Positions 25,161 through 38,436 of a DNA stretch of 64,000 nt are shown here, piece after piece. Within the stretch, counting starts at the first letter, position 1, and each line of letters starts with the position of its first letter. A program made the position numbers and the translations under genes. Source of the stretch: Hydrolagus colliei. Lineage: Eukaryota. Below the pieces are notes generated by a model that was given only the letters and a program-made list of their open reading frames with translations, was not told where the DNA came from and ran no database searches. The stretch covers positions 60,760,001-60,824,000 of the forward strand of contig CM068743.1 of the NCBI GenBank assembly GCA_035084275.1, in the 5' to 3' direction.

Positions 25161-28100
25161 CTGCTAACGAAAGTGGATAACCATTATTATTGTGCAGTAA
25201 AAAAAGCAAAGCTGTCAACAGCTAGACTTGCTCCAAACATCAAAACCACATGAATCACGACAGAACCTATCAACATACACTTTAACTCAAACTAAACCAC
25301 CATCCTGTAATTTGACTCGAAGCTTGGAATGAGCTCAAAACAGGGTCCTTAGCAGCTTTACACACCTTTTGATGTTTTAGCCTGCTTGAACAATGACCTC
25401 GGTAGGTAACTTCTGGCCAATAAACTGTTCTGTAATTGTGAGCTTTCATTCCTGTGTTACGTAATACTAAACCTATCTAAACTTGTTTTATATCACTATT
25501 TTAGCCAGATATTGAAGATATTACAAGGCAAAACATCATCTAGAGGGATTGTTTATAGGTGAAAGGTAGTGTCTTGTCTACGCCTGAGCCAGATCTGTCT
25601 GTCAACTGAACACAAATCAGCTCTGCCGGCAGCTTTTACACCAGTTTTGCTCAGCACACTGCCCACCCCAGAGGGAAAGAAGGTGAGCAGCATTGACAGC
25701 AAAGGAAATAGAATAACATTTAAGGAAAGAAGACAGTGTATGTGCCTTAACCATCCTCCTTGATGGGTAAGGTAATTGGGTCTCCTTGGAGCTGAACAGG
25801 TCTGAAACAATGACTGTCCAGTGCCTTGGGATATCCTCCTGTCTTGAAAGGTGCTATACAAGTGTAATTTTGTTGTTGTTTTTGAACTAGCTCAAAGGTG
25901 ACACTCTTGGCTACAATATGCCATATTACAGCAATTATAATATAAGAGTGGACCATTCGAGCCATCAATTCAATCTTAGACTTGATAGGTCAAATGTCCC
26001 CTCTTGTGCTGCAATTGCTGTCATTGTAAGATTCTATGTTAACAACGAGTGATACTCAATTTATGACTTTTTGTGGATTAGCCGGGTGTCTAATACATGC
26101 AGAAACCCATCACATTGTCGCCTAAGCATGGGTATATCTCTCAGGCTATTCCATGCAGTCATCACAAACCAGCAGCAGTAATTCCAGTCTCCGTCTTCTT
26201 GTTCATTACTGTATTTTGAAATGTAAAATAAAATCTCTAAATTCAAGACCATGGCAAGATTGATGGCAATCACAAACTTGAAGTTGCAATTAATATAGAA
26301 TTTATGACTCAAGAATTTTATATCTCATGATCTCAGCTTTAGTTGTCACTTGAGACAAACCAATCCATATTCTGATCACCCTGTGCATGAAGAAACCTAT
26401 TTTTTTTAAAACTTTTCCAGTAACTATCCAGAGATTTTGATCCTGGTTTCCAGTATACCAAGCAAAAGGACTAAATGACCTCTTTAATCTTTTTTTCCTG
26501 AATAAACTATATAAAGTATTGTAACCATCTCACTGCTGTGTGATGCCAATGTTCCATTAAAATAATGTTCTAGTGATTGCTTATGAAAAGCATAAACAAC
26601 TGAGTGTAAATCACACTCTCTCCGATTCCCAAAGTAATCCAGCAAAATCCCATTTGTGCAAATTGCATTGATGTCTTGAATTCCCACTGAATCTATTATG
26701 TTTGATTATTCTAGCAGTGAAACTCACAGTGAAAAGTTACAGCTATTACTTGATGCTTTCCATGAGCAACCACTACGACTTCATTAATGGTAGATTAGCT
26801 TCATACAGCAATGCAGTTTCCAATCCCTAAATTGGAGTTTCCCAAGCATTACCTGAATCATTGTACAATGTATTGTTGAATCATCCATAGCATAGCCTGC
26901 TACCTATCCACCCATACCATAACAATACCAATAACAATCAATGATCACCAGTAACTCCAATTATTTTCAGGGAGGTTAAAAAATTATTTTTGCCTGAATT
27001 ACATTTTTGAAACTTGAATTTGCAGATTTTTGTTCTTTGTGATTGTGCAGGTGAATCCCCAAACCATCTTGGCTGTAACATTGTTTAGGGTAAACCAGTT
27101 TACCTGCGCACTCATTGTATTGCATGTATATTCTCAGATCTAAGTTTGCAAGGAGGTGGGTTACATGGTGAACATCCATTCTTGGGACCAGCGTTTCAGC
27201 CAGAAGGGTTTCTCTATGCGTGCATTAAGCGGATGTCCAATATAAGATCCCATTTTCATCCACATTTACCAGGGTGAGGGAAGGGGAATTTTCAAATGTT
27301 TTACCCCAATTCTCTCCCACTCTCTTTTCATACACCCTTAGCTCCGGTGCCCAGTCATAATTGTCAAATACTTTGGGACATCCTCCTGATGTAAAAAACT
27401 ATATAAGTATAAATTGTATTGTATTTGAACTGAAAAAATAGACTGGAAAAGGGACAAAAAGTACCTTTAACCACAGCATGAAAGCCTTTCCACTTTCATT
27501 GTAATAAAGTAGCTCGGTTTAACTTGATTATTTCAATCATTTTGTTCCCAGCAATATAGAAATAGTTGGCAATAGGGTTTCATTTGTCAAATCAAGAATT
27601 ATTCTTAACACGTTTTCTTAAAATTCTGTGTTGCAAATGCAAAGAACTCCAGAGACATAGCACTCTTCTTCTCGACATCTTTGCATTCCTTTAATTTAAT
27701 ACACAAATTCACATTTAAGGGAACAACTGAATGAGAGCGAGGGTGTAACACAACAGCTTTCAATTTCATTTCCTCGTATTTTTAGGCTCTTATTCTGAAT
27801 TCAATCTAAACCCTCCTTGCTCATGTCCTTTTAAAGGAATCTGGAAACAGTGCCATGATCTAATCTGGCTGTTTCCTGACAAAATGCTGACAATAGAGTT
27901 GTTTCCACTCTCAGCTTGTCAGTCAAAATGTGGGGCTAAGAGGATGTTATCCCAACATAGTACTCTTCTCTGCAAAGACCCTGTCAATGTTGGTTCATTT
28001 ATTTGGAAACAAAATTAACTAAATAGTATCTATTGAATAAGAAGATTTTGATGTGAGCCCCAAATTTGGATCTTAAGACTTATAAGGATGAAATGTACAA

Positions 28101-28225
28101 GCTTTTAAGAGATTCATTGTGCTGCATTAATTATCATATCAAACGTTTAATAGGTCAGAAATGTACGCCCCTAGTCTGGGTTGTCAGTATTAAAGATGCA
28201 TTGCATTATTGGAGGTACCAACGAT

Positions 28226-28350
28226 GTGGAGTCCTGTAGCTCAGTGGTTAGAGGACTCGCCTTAGAAGCAAGAGACCTGGGTTCAATTCCAGGCAGGGCG
28301 AAACCTTAGGCACGTTTCATTATTCCGCACACCTAATAATAATCCCTAAA
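28226..28350 (+). mobile_element. tRNA-SINE 5' half
   Basis: GTGGAGTCCTGTAGCTCAGTGGTTAGAG...GGTTCAATTCCAGGCAGGGCGAAACC. Confidence 0.9.
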
Positions 28351-31074
28351 AATAATCCCTGTTTTTTGATAACAAACACCTAAGACTGAGCATTAATGGG
28401 ATTTTTAGCTCTGCTCATGAGCTGTTTGAATGCACTCTTTGAATGTCTATTGGTGAGACATGGACAATGTTGGTACACTTTAATTGGTCTCAGTCTCTCT
28501 GGACTGGGAATGGGACTGAGAAATAGAAATATAACAGCTGTGGGATCTTTTTAATTTCAGGATCAACATTGCTGATTCCTTTCTCAAATCACTAAATGGG
28601 CTGTATTTAATATGAAGGATTACCACAGTAAATGTCTTGCTAAATGTTAGAACAATGCAATAGCATTGTTGCAATAGCAATAGAGATTACTTCTGATTTC
28701 TACCCAATTTCCCAAATTGCACCATAAATACATTTTTACCTTGTCCTTGAAGTACTAAAAATAGATTGCAAGGATAAAGTACACTGGTGGTGTGCTAGGC
28801 TAAGTCACGTTTGTGTTCCTACCCCGAGATCACTCAGGGACAATGTAAAATGGCACTTTTCCAACCATTCTCACACAAGGGCACCTACACGTGCCTTACT
28901 CATATCAAGACTCCAGGTATTCAGTGTCTCACACATCTTGCAATCTTTACTGTCTTGTTAATGTGATCATTTGGAAACCAGGATTATATTATTGTCTCAT
29001 TAATGCAAGATGCCATTTCATCTTAGTCCTGCTGAGGTTTTATTGTCCTTTGCCTGAGACAGGCTTCCTCCTCCTGTCTCCCTTCTCCCGTGCAGGAGCC
29101 CAAGTCATTCAGACTGCAAAACAGCATCCAGATGTCCTTTAAGACCTATGACTATTTGGAATTCACAAAAATTCTTGGTAATCTATTAAGATTAGAATTC
29201 TTCTAAGATGATGAAAATTCCTTATTTGGGGCTTTATAGTATCCTGATCCATTTATATCACAAGGTGTTATCCATTATCAGTGACATTTGAATAAAAACA
29301 CACAATTTAAAATGTTATAGAATTAATCTTAGAATTAATCAATTAGAATTGCTTTTAGCATCACATTAAAACCACAGCACTTTTAAACCCCCTCAACACT
29401 GAGTTTTTTTGCCACTTTGTTGAACATGAGCAGTTTGCTACTTCCATCAATTACAATTATTTCTCCTCCTGTAAAATAGTGGTGCTGAATATTAACAAGT
29501 TTAAGTGGAATAAAATATGCAATGAAAATAACTTTGCCATGTTCATAATATTTTTTGAATACGCTTTGACCTTTGTTCTATTCGTGACAGTGCACAAAAT
29601 GCTAATGCCTTTCTCAAATCTCAAGATGGGCTGTATATAACATGAAGAATTCGCACAGTAAATGTCTCGCTAAATGTTACAATAATAACGTCTTACTGTG
29701 CTTTGGATTAATTCCCACTTGTGCCATCTGATAACATTGCAGGTAAAAAAAACCTGCAATCTTTTTGCAAGGAAGCTATACATTTATCTCATTTACAAAT
29801 TATCAAAGTCTAATTAATGATATTTCTAAATGAGTTTCCTTAATGAGAAATCTGAGTTGCCCAAATGGAGACAAATTTGTTGGAACTACATCCCATCGCA
29901 CCAATTCATGGGAATACCACTCGAATGCATTCTACTTTTGGAGCAGATTTGATGGGACATCCAATATCTTGTTAAGAATTCCCATTAAGGTAATGTGCAG
30001 CGTGGACCTTAGTGAGTTCATTATTTAGTCTTGCCAGTACCTTCGCAGTGATTCTTTTGTAATTTATTCTTCAAAAATTATGTTATAGTTATGACTAAAT
30101 CATGGGAAAAAAACAAGTACGGTACAGTATTCAGATTTTCGTTTGTTGACTCATAGGTTCTCTTTGTTTGGATCAATAATAACAACTTGGATTTATATAG
30201 TGCCCTCCACGCCGGATGGCATCTCAGAGCATCAACCAAGCAAAGTAAATGAAATCTGTTCTGTCTACAAAATACACAGTCACTATATTTAACAGTGAAG
30301 TCCTGTGAAAGCCTTTGAAACATCGTCCAGACCATATCAAATGCAAGGATTATTATTATTAACAATGTACTGAATTCCTTAGACACTGCCAAGGCTGGTA
30401 TTCATTTTTATTAATTGACCATTAGGCATATGCATTTACAGAATCAAAAGACACTTGCAGTGGGCAGGGAAATTCACAATCGCAATTAGAAGGTGCTCTA
30501 TTTCCATGGCAACTCTCAATCCTGAATGTTCACTGTCAGATTCCGAACCTCTTGAAAATATTGCAAAATCTTCTTGAGTACTTCATTCTGTTTTATAATT
30601 TTCTGCAGATTTACAACAACAAAAGAATAATGCATGAAGTTGAGAGTGCCACCACCTGGGTTTTCAAAGCAAGATAGGAAATCTAAAGTAAGCACTCTTT
30701 CCCCAGAGGTAAGTCAGTCCTTGTTCAATCATAAACTAAGCTATAAGCAGGCAAGGTACAAGATGCTTTTAGCCTATCAGTAGCCTATCAGTAGACTTGC
30801 ACTGCGAGAATCATAGCACCTACTTTTAACAATGACCTTGGATTTTCACTGGAAAATATTTGTGTCTGCGTTACTCTTAATACTACCACTTTGAAGCACA
30901 GCAGCTATACTTTGCTTTATATTAAGGTGGTGTTACATAAACAGCGGTGTTTAATTGAAGTGGTAAAAGTCACTGGCACAAAACAGAGAGGTATTTGAAA
31001 AATTCTGACATCCCTGGAATACCACACCCAATAATAATCTGTATTTCTTATACAGTAGTTCCATTGACTTTTGT

Positions 31075-31382
31075 GTGGAGTCCTGTGGCTCAGTGGTTAA
31101 AGCACTCGCCATGCAAGCGAGAGACTGGGTTCAAATTCAGACAGGGTGAAACCTTGGGCAAGTTTCCTTCCCCACATGCCTGATAATAATCCCATGAAAA
31201 AAAAAGCTATAATAAACTGGTCATTTCAATCAACGACTATTTGTGAGACACTGCTGTGCACAATTGGTTGCTACGATTTGCCTACAAACATACAGACAGT
31301 TCACTTTACAGTATATTCTTCAAGCACTTTGAGACGTCTAGAAGATGTGAAAAGCGCTATATCAAATGCAAGGATTATTATT
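31075..31382 (+). mobile_element. tRNA-derived SINE, full length
   Basis: Head, body and L2-like tail are all present. Confidence 0.93.
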
Positions 31383-31741
31383 GCCCCAAAGCATTTCACA
31401 GAGTTTCTATAACATCTGTGCACATTTTCTGGATACAATAGTTCTGCATTTGTACGGAAACACTGAAGTCAATTTGCATGCAAAACAATTGTCCCTCAAA
31501 CATCTATGAAGTCAATGAGCAATTTTTTACTTTTTTACTTTTTACTTTTATTAGCCAGCACACTGGTAGAAATTTCCTTTTCTCAATGGGTTCCAACGTG
31601 AAGGGTGCTATACAAATGTAATATGTTGTTGTTAATGTCCACCTGAATTGGCAGTAAGAGCCTCAATTTAGTCTTCCCCCACACCCCTTCAGTTTGAAAC
31701 AATTAAAAAATTGTACATTCCACATTTTTCTTTCTTTGTGT

Positions 31742-31990
31742 TAATAATTATCCTTGCATTTCATGTAATGCCTTATTATGCCTTTGAGATGTCTCAAAGC
31801 GCTTCACAGAATATACTGTAAAGTGAATGACTGTATATCTTGTTGGTGAAACACGGCAGCCAATTGTACACAGTAGTGTCCCACAAACAATCATGGATTG
31901 ACTGACAATTTTTTTTAAAGGAATTATTAATCCCAGAAAAGCAATCCGTCAATCGACTAACAACGGGTTTCCTACTTACTCCTAGGAACT
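31742..31990 (-). mobile_element. tRNA-SINE long variant, headless
   Basis: Contains the extra AGTAAGTAGGAAACCCGTTGTTAGTCGATTG segment. Confidence 0.85.
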
Positions 31991-33838
31991 GCTAGGAGTT
32001 ATACATTTCTTTCACACAATTTCCTACCACACATCCTGTGGGATGAGTCACAGATTGCTCCATGACCAAAATTCCATGATCAGACAGGAAGCATGATTCA
32101 ATTTGGAGGGAAACTGCATTTTAACCCCTCAAGAAAGAGTGCTTTGCTAGCAGCCATCTAACCGCCTGCTGATAAAATTTACTTGACCAAAGCAAACAAG
32201 TCGAATGCTTGAATGTATTAAGATTCAAACACACAACTTTTGGGTTTTCAACATTCGCATACCCCCTTTTCATTGAAATCAAAACAAATTCTGTCCAGAA
32301 GAAATTTTATGATAAAATTTAGCAAAAGAAAACTTTCGAATAGAAATCATCTACATTCCCTCCCTTCACCTTGTCTAAGAGACTTCCTCTCAACATGGAA
32401 AGTGCTACATAACTTTTGAAACATCATGATGACATAATAAGGTGCTATTCCAAATGCAAGGATTATTATTTATCAAACAAACTGATGGACTATACTGAAA
32501 CAATTGAGTAAAATAGCGCAGTGAATTACTTGACCTGCAGTCTCTTAAGAGTCAAAATCATATCTAATGAATATTTACCAATGACTAACGTTGGCATTTG
32601 GCAGTCTGCACTAACTAGCTAAGATACAAAAGGGGCATTCTTTTCATATAAACATCACAGTCAATTATCCATTACTAATCAATATATTTTCAACAAAATG
32701 GGTCAGTTCATTGAAAGTGCTTGTGTAATTTGCAAATGGTGAATGTCAGCAATTTAAGCCTTAAAATAGAAAGATCCCACAGCTGTTATATCATAATGGC
32801 TGACATTCTGGAAATAGCTTTACTCTACAGCACACTGCTCGCTGCTAACTGGGGCACACATTAATTCACCAGTGCACAAGAAACCGATTCTGAAAGTATG
32901 CAAAATCCTTTGGAAAAAATTTATACACATCGCATCTTCAAACAAAAAATTTGAGTTTCAAAAGTACACAACTGTAAAATTCATTAAACTGAGAGGAATT
33001 AGTATTATGGCTATGTCTTAACCAGGTTGCATTCATATTTTTAAAATAATAGGTGACATCAATCGTGATCCATTGCAATTTAGTTTCATTTCTATAAATA
33101 TGTTACGGTCAACTCTATGGAACCAAATATATGTAATAGATATGCATTTAGTAATTTTCTAGTTAGTCGGTTATAGATTTTCTAATGCTTAAGGGATTTA
33201 TTATTTGGCAATTCAAACAGAATCAATCTTGTTACAACTTGCTTCTGACCTCACCAGTAAGAAATATAATTTTGCTTAACCATAGTTATAAAATACAATT
33301 TTTTAAAAACACTTTTTTTAAAAAGATCTTTCTTAAAAAATCCTCTATATTTTTAGCATTTTTTTTCTATTTCACAAGGTGAAGGTGTTGTGAATGTAAT
33401 GCTTTTCTATTGCTGCCAACATTACACACTACCAAATAAGAGGTAAAACAGACACATATAGTTATGTAGAATGAGATGACACAGAGACAGAGCTTTTGTC
33501 CAACTGAACACTCAATGTTGCCTCATCAAGATGCGTTTACCTACAATTCAAAAGAACACTCCTCAACACATCACAACAAATTTGTTCCACTTCATACACG
33601 AACAATCATTCCACACCATCTAAGTGCAGTTGGAAGTAGGAGCAAATTACAGGTTATTCTGTGCAGAGAGCTCACACAACCATGATTTCTACTGGACTGA
33701 CACTGTCCATCACACAGGACAGTCAGCGAATATGGTTCACTTTCTCTACAGGCTGCTGGATTCCAAACCAGGTATCAGAAGTCAATAGTGCTAACCCCCT
33801 GTGCCTCTCACCCAATTAGTGATTTAATATACAAGATA

Positions 33839-34096
33839 CTAATAATCCTTGCATTTGATATAGTGCTTTTTACGACTTCTAGACATCTCAAAGCACTTCA
33901 CAGAATACACTGTACAGCGAATTGATTGTATATATGTGGGTGAAACGTGGCAGCCAATTGCGCACGGCAGGGTCCCACAAACAGTCGTGTATTGAAATGA
34001 CTCATTTATTATTGTTTTTTTTCAAGGGGTTATTATTAGGCATGTGGAGTAAGGAAACTTGCCCAAGGTTTCACTCTGGCTGGAATCGAACTCAGG
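33839..34096 (-). mobile_element. tRNA-SINE, near full length
   Basis: Body and tail match the other copies. Confidence 0.9.
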
Positions 34097-35586
34097 TACT
34101 GTATTTATATATTTAGATATCTTTAAGTGATTTTTTTGAGCCTATGTTTGTAGAGGAAGACACATACCTTACCAAAATGGAAATTAGAATTTCTAAGAAA
34201 AAATGAGGAGATTCTAAGAATAATGCATATTACAACACATTATAAATTATACATTACTACATTATAAACTGGAAAAGTGCACTGAAAATCTAAGCCACAT
34301 GCAATATCCGTCTATCAGCCACCTGTCAGCATAATCTGATATTTATTTACCTAAAAATGTTTGAATATTGGCATTGTTTGAGACCTTTCATACAGCATAG
34401 AACAATAAATTTATTGAGCATTTAATAACTGTATTCCTCCTGTTTCACATTTTCAAACTATTTTGTCCTCGCATTTGAAATGCCACTTCCCACCTATTCC
34501 CAGCCTTTGTCAATCTAATATCAGCATATACTGTATAAGCATTGAGGACTAACCACTTCTCCAGATTTTCTCCCCTACTATAGAGAAAAGGACCTCACCT
34601 CCATCTGGTGGTTTTCCGCAGATAACCCGACTCAGGGAGACAAATCCTCACCTAAGGAACCACAAAGGAAAAGCTCCCTCCACTTTGTTGTGTGGTATAT
34701 TAACACTGTGCCACCAACTGCCCTCTTCCTTTATTCTTCTTTTAATTCTATTTGATGACAGACAGCAGCAGAGTCTTGCAGTACAAGTCACGCCAGAAAA
34801 TGCAATAAACCTTTCCATTCTTCATTAACTGAACTACCTCAATTCATATCCTCCTGGGTATCTATTATTTTAAATTTAGCCCTGGATAGTCTCCACTGAG
34901 TTGTTCTCCTGCCCTGAACCACACGCTCTGCTGTGTTGCAGCTACATCAAACTGCAATCAGCTGAAATTTTTTTTTAGTCGTGAATAAAACCTTTAGGAT
35001 TTTAAACTCACATTACATATAAGAACATACGAAATGCTAGACGGAAAAACACCAAGGTCCATCCAGTTCGCCTTCCACCTCCATATGTATGCACATATGT
35101 TCTGAACTACCTATGTACTATATCCCATAATGTTATTTCCCACTAAACGATTACCAAGAGAACAATTAAACTTTGTAGGCGAACTTTCACACACTGCTTT
35201 TACACAGTAATATTTTCCTTGTTAATGCATTCCTGCAAGATTTCAGCACATTGCTCGCGCTCCATTTTTAGAATAAATAATACCTGTACAAGATTAACTT
35301 TTGTATTCTCCAGCTGCCATTTAACACAGGTTTGCCTAACAGCAATTCAGTTCTAAAGGCTTTTGATTCCATTAACAAGCATCACCCACAAACACACCCT
35401 TTATAAATATTGACAGTGAACAATGTTGACAGTCAGCTTCCTCCTGCATGTTCCACAATATCTATTAATTATTATCAGATCATACAAATAGCAAAATAAC
35501 ACAGCTCCTCACCACTGTGAAAAAGCTCACTCCTGGTATATTACAAGGTACAAGGTTTCATTAAAGTACAGAGCTGTAATAGTTAC

Positions 35587-35760
35587 CACATCTGCCTGCT
35601 TCTTCCTGAAGTTAAATCCATTTTTTAGTAGTGAAGGGAGGTCTTTTATCCTCTGTTTTAAATGTCCTTGTTCCTTTGCATTTCTGCTCCATTTTAAAGC
35701 AGCTAAAAGTCCCACTTCTGGGACACAGAGACTGCCAGGAATATCATTCTGCTGAGCCAT
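35587..35760 (-). CDS. RAPGEF5: RAPGEF5-like Rap GEF, putative first coding exon (MAQQND...KQRIKDLPSLLKNGFNFRKKQADV)
   Basis: ATG in gaggATGG context, 174 nt, phase-0 donor GTG|GTAACT. RIKDLPSLLKNGFNFRKK resembles the recalled RAPGEF5 N-terminal motif RLRDLPALLRSGLTLRRK. The start codon and exact orthology are inferred. Confidence 0.8.
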
Positions 35761-36734
35761 CCTCTCACAGCCCGTCACAGATTTTCATTTTTCGTTTCTT
35801 CACAGCAATGTATTTCAGCTTATAGCCGAGCCCACTGGGTTCTGTTTGACAAGCTGCTGTGTTACCTACTCCACCCAACCATTTGCCTCTATTATGCATA
35901 TAATCTGCATTCTGCATTGTACACCACATACTGCATGAGGTCATCTACAGGTGCAGGATGTCCCATTATGCACTATTTCCTCTTTTCCCACTGTGGTCCT
36001 TTCCCCCCCCCCCCCCCTTCCCCAGCTCCCTGGTACACACAGAGCTGGCTCACGTTTCAATTTCTGCTCCACACTGTAGTAGAATATTAGAATTCACATT
36101 TAATAATTGAGAGAGATTGTTTTTAGCACACTGAAAACCTTTCTGGCCTGACATGAAGTGCTTGTCGACAATAGACAAAAGATGCTTAAAGTGTAAATAT
36201 TCAACTATGAGCCACATTCCCGTTGAAGCTTGACAAACACGGGATGAATTTCTCAAACACAGCAACACAGCATTGCAGGTGGAAAGCACTTTGATCATTA
36301 TCAGTGCTCCGCAAAGCCAAAGCAGCGCTATATTCCGTCTTGTTTATATATTCTGTCTTTCCTCCTCGATTATTAATGTTCCAATAACACTTAAATATTA
36401 AAATTGAATGTTAGCTGCGTTAAAAATAAATATTTAGTATTTTGTGACTTTGCTCTGGCAGTGGGTCTATTGGGCACCACTGAAATCAGGCTCCTGTATG
36501 TGATGGTTAGAAATGTTTTTCTCCAGTGGAAGCCTAATGGTTTCTGCCAAACTAACTAGTTTTGAACTACCGTCTCTTCAATACGCTTATATATACGCAT
36601 TTGTTCCTTAGCTCTGGCCCATTTCCAAGTGGCTTTTGCTGCCTCAGTCAATGGCAGGAAACAGAATGAAAGTTAACCATGCAAAACGACTCTCGGCTTC
36701 AAACAAGAAGACTATCTGAATCCTGCAAATCTGA

Positions 36735-36955
36735 AAGGGCAGTGGAAATCTGGAACTCACTCTCCTCCAAAAGGCTGTGGATGCTGGATCCATTAAAATT
36801 TCCATGACTGAGGTATATAGATGTTTGTTAGGTCAGGGTATCAGGGGATATGGGGCAAGGGCAGGTAATTGGAGTTGAGATACAGATCAGCCATGATCTT
36901 ATAGAATGACAGAACTTTGCTCAGGGGGCTGCATGGCCTACTTCTGTTCCTATGT
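36735..36955 (+). mobile_element. CR1 3' end
   Basis: TGGAACTC...GGGATATGGGG...AGATCAGCCATGATCTT...GGCCTACTTCTGTTCCTATG. Confidence 0.85.
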
Positions 36956-37819
36956 CCATGAATACGGTAAACCCTGACAATGTACAGGACATTGGTCAGC
37001 ACAGGTATGATCCTTCGTCAGTATGTCACTTGAACTTCGATCCATTTAATGACTGAACAACTGGATCTACCATCTGTGGTACTGCATTAGTCTGTCTTTC
37101 TAAATGTAAAAAGATAGTTTGACATGTGCTAGAAGGCAGTAATAATTCAGAAGATGTCTTAAGAATTTACAAGGTGACAGAGGGGTGGTTGACAAAAAAT
37201 TTATTAAATAAAGATTTTGGAGCTACTCCACTAGAGAAGTTTACTTTCCTAGACTACTATGGGGTCAATTTCATGGTATTTCTTAACTGAATTTCCATGC
37301 GCTGACACACGGGAAAATCCTAACTGGATCTATTTTCACAATTGGGTTCCCTCAAACTTGACATTCAGCTACTAGTGTAAGCCTACATTAAAATTTCTCA
37401 AACAAGATATCATGAGACTAAAATGCAACCTTCCAATGAGCCTATAAGATAATTTTGTCTTAAACTTTTAAATGGTGCACAATTGAGTAAAATATTAGAT
37501 GCAGTCTTAATTTGAAAGCTGTTTAAAACAATCTAGGTTCCAAATTAAGAATACATTTTTAAAATTTCCTTAAATCTCCAACAATGTACATTTTAATACA
37601 AAATGCTATTATATGCAACAACAAGATGGAATTTTAGGCCTTGTCTTGAAATAAAGCAAAGTTGGTCCTTATATTCTGTCTCCTCTCTTCTGGCTCCTGG
37701 GACGTAAAAACAATAAAGAGGTGGCAAAATGGGGAATAGCAGAACAGAATTATCACAGTTAGAGGGTGTAAGATCTAAAGGTCAGAGCCAGAAGAGAGGA
37801 GACAGAATATAAGGAACTT

Positions 37820-38400
37820 ACCTAGCCTCTCTCTCAACCTCCCTGTACCAATTTACAACCTTGGTATTTGATTCAATATTCAGCTTTCCTTTCTCCCTCA
37901 CATTCTGTCCCTCACTAATATCATTTTCCTTCACCTCCACCACATTGCCCACTTCCACCCCTATTTCACATCCAATGCTACTGAAGCACGTTGTTTCCTC
38001 CTGCTTAAGACTTTTCCAAAACACACCTCACTGATTTTCACCATTCATAAGCCTCAACTCATCCAAAGCTCCACCAGCCACATCCTCACCAGAACCAAAC
38101 ACAATGCAGCCAACCCCCCCAGTCGTCACCGAGCTTCATTGTCTCCCAATGGATTGATTTCAAGATACTTGCCCTCATCTTTAAATACATCCATGGCCTA
38201 GCACATGGTCTCCAATCTTCTGCCTCACCTCTCTAATCGCCCCCTCATCTTGGTAACTTGGGCTCAGTGGGTCTTTAGATCTTCCATCCCCTAACTGTGA
38301 TAATTCTGTCCCACTATTCCCCATTTTGCCGCCTCTCTATTGTTTTTACGTCCCATATTAAAACCTACCCCTTCAAAATTGCCCATAGACACTTCACCCC
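37820..38400 (+). mobile_element. Old L2 3' fragment
   Basis: Decayed equivalents of LQLIQ, LHWLP and FKIL motifs. Confidence 0.65.
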
Positions 38401-38436
38401 CCCAACTTGTGCTTCGATTGCACATTATCATGCATG

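Noticed and set aside
27100-27179. IYMQYNECAG followed by a GT donor, resembling the RAPGEF5 IYGENSSCAG segment
   Set aside because: The true homologous exon is 24445-24551. This frame ends in phase 1, and the nearest acceptor gives an in-frame stop. An alternative MSAQ first exon cannot be supported.
28226-28300. tRNA-like sequence
   Set aside because: It is the head of a multi-copy SINE and continues into the SINE body without a proper acceptor stem.
29737-29759. TTGCAGGT-A-run-ACCTGCAA hairpin
   Set aside because: An 8-bp stem is within chance expectation for 64 kb.
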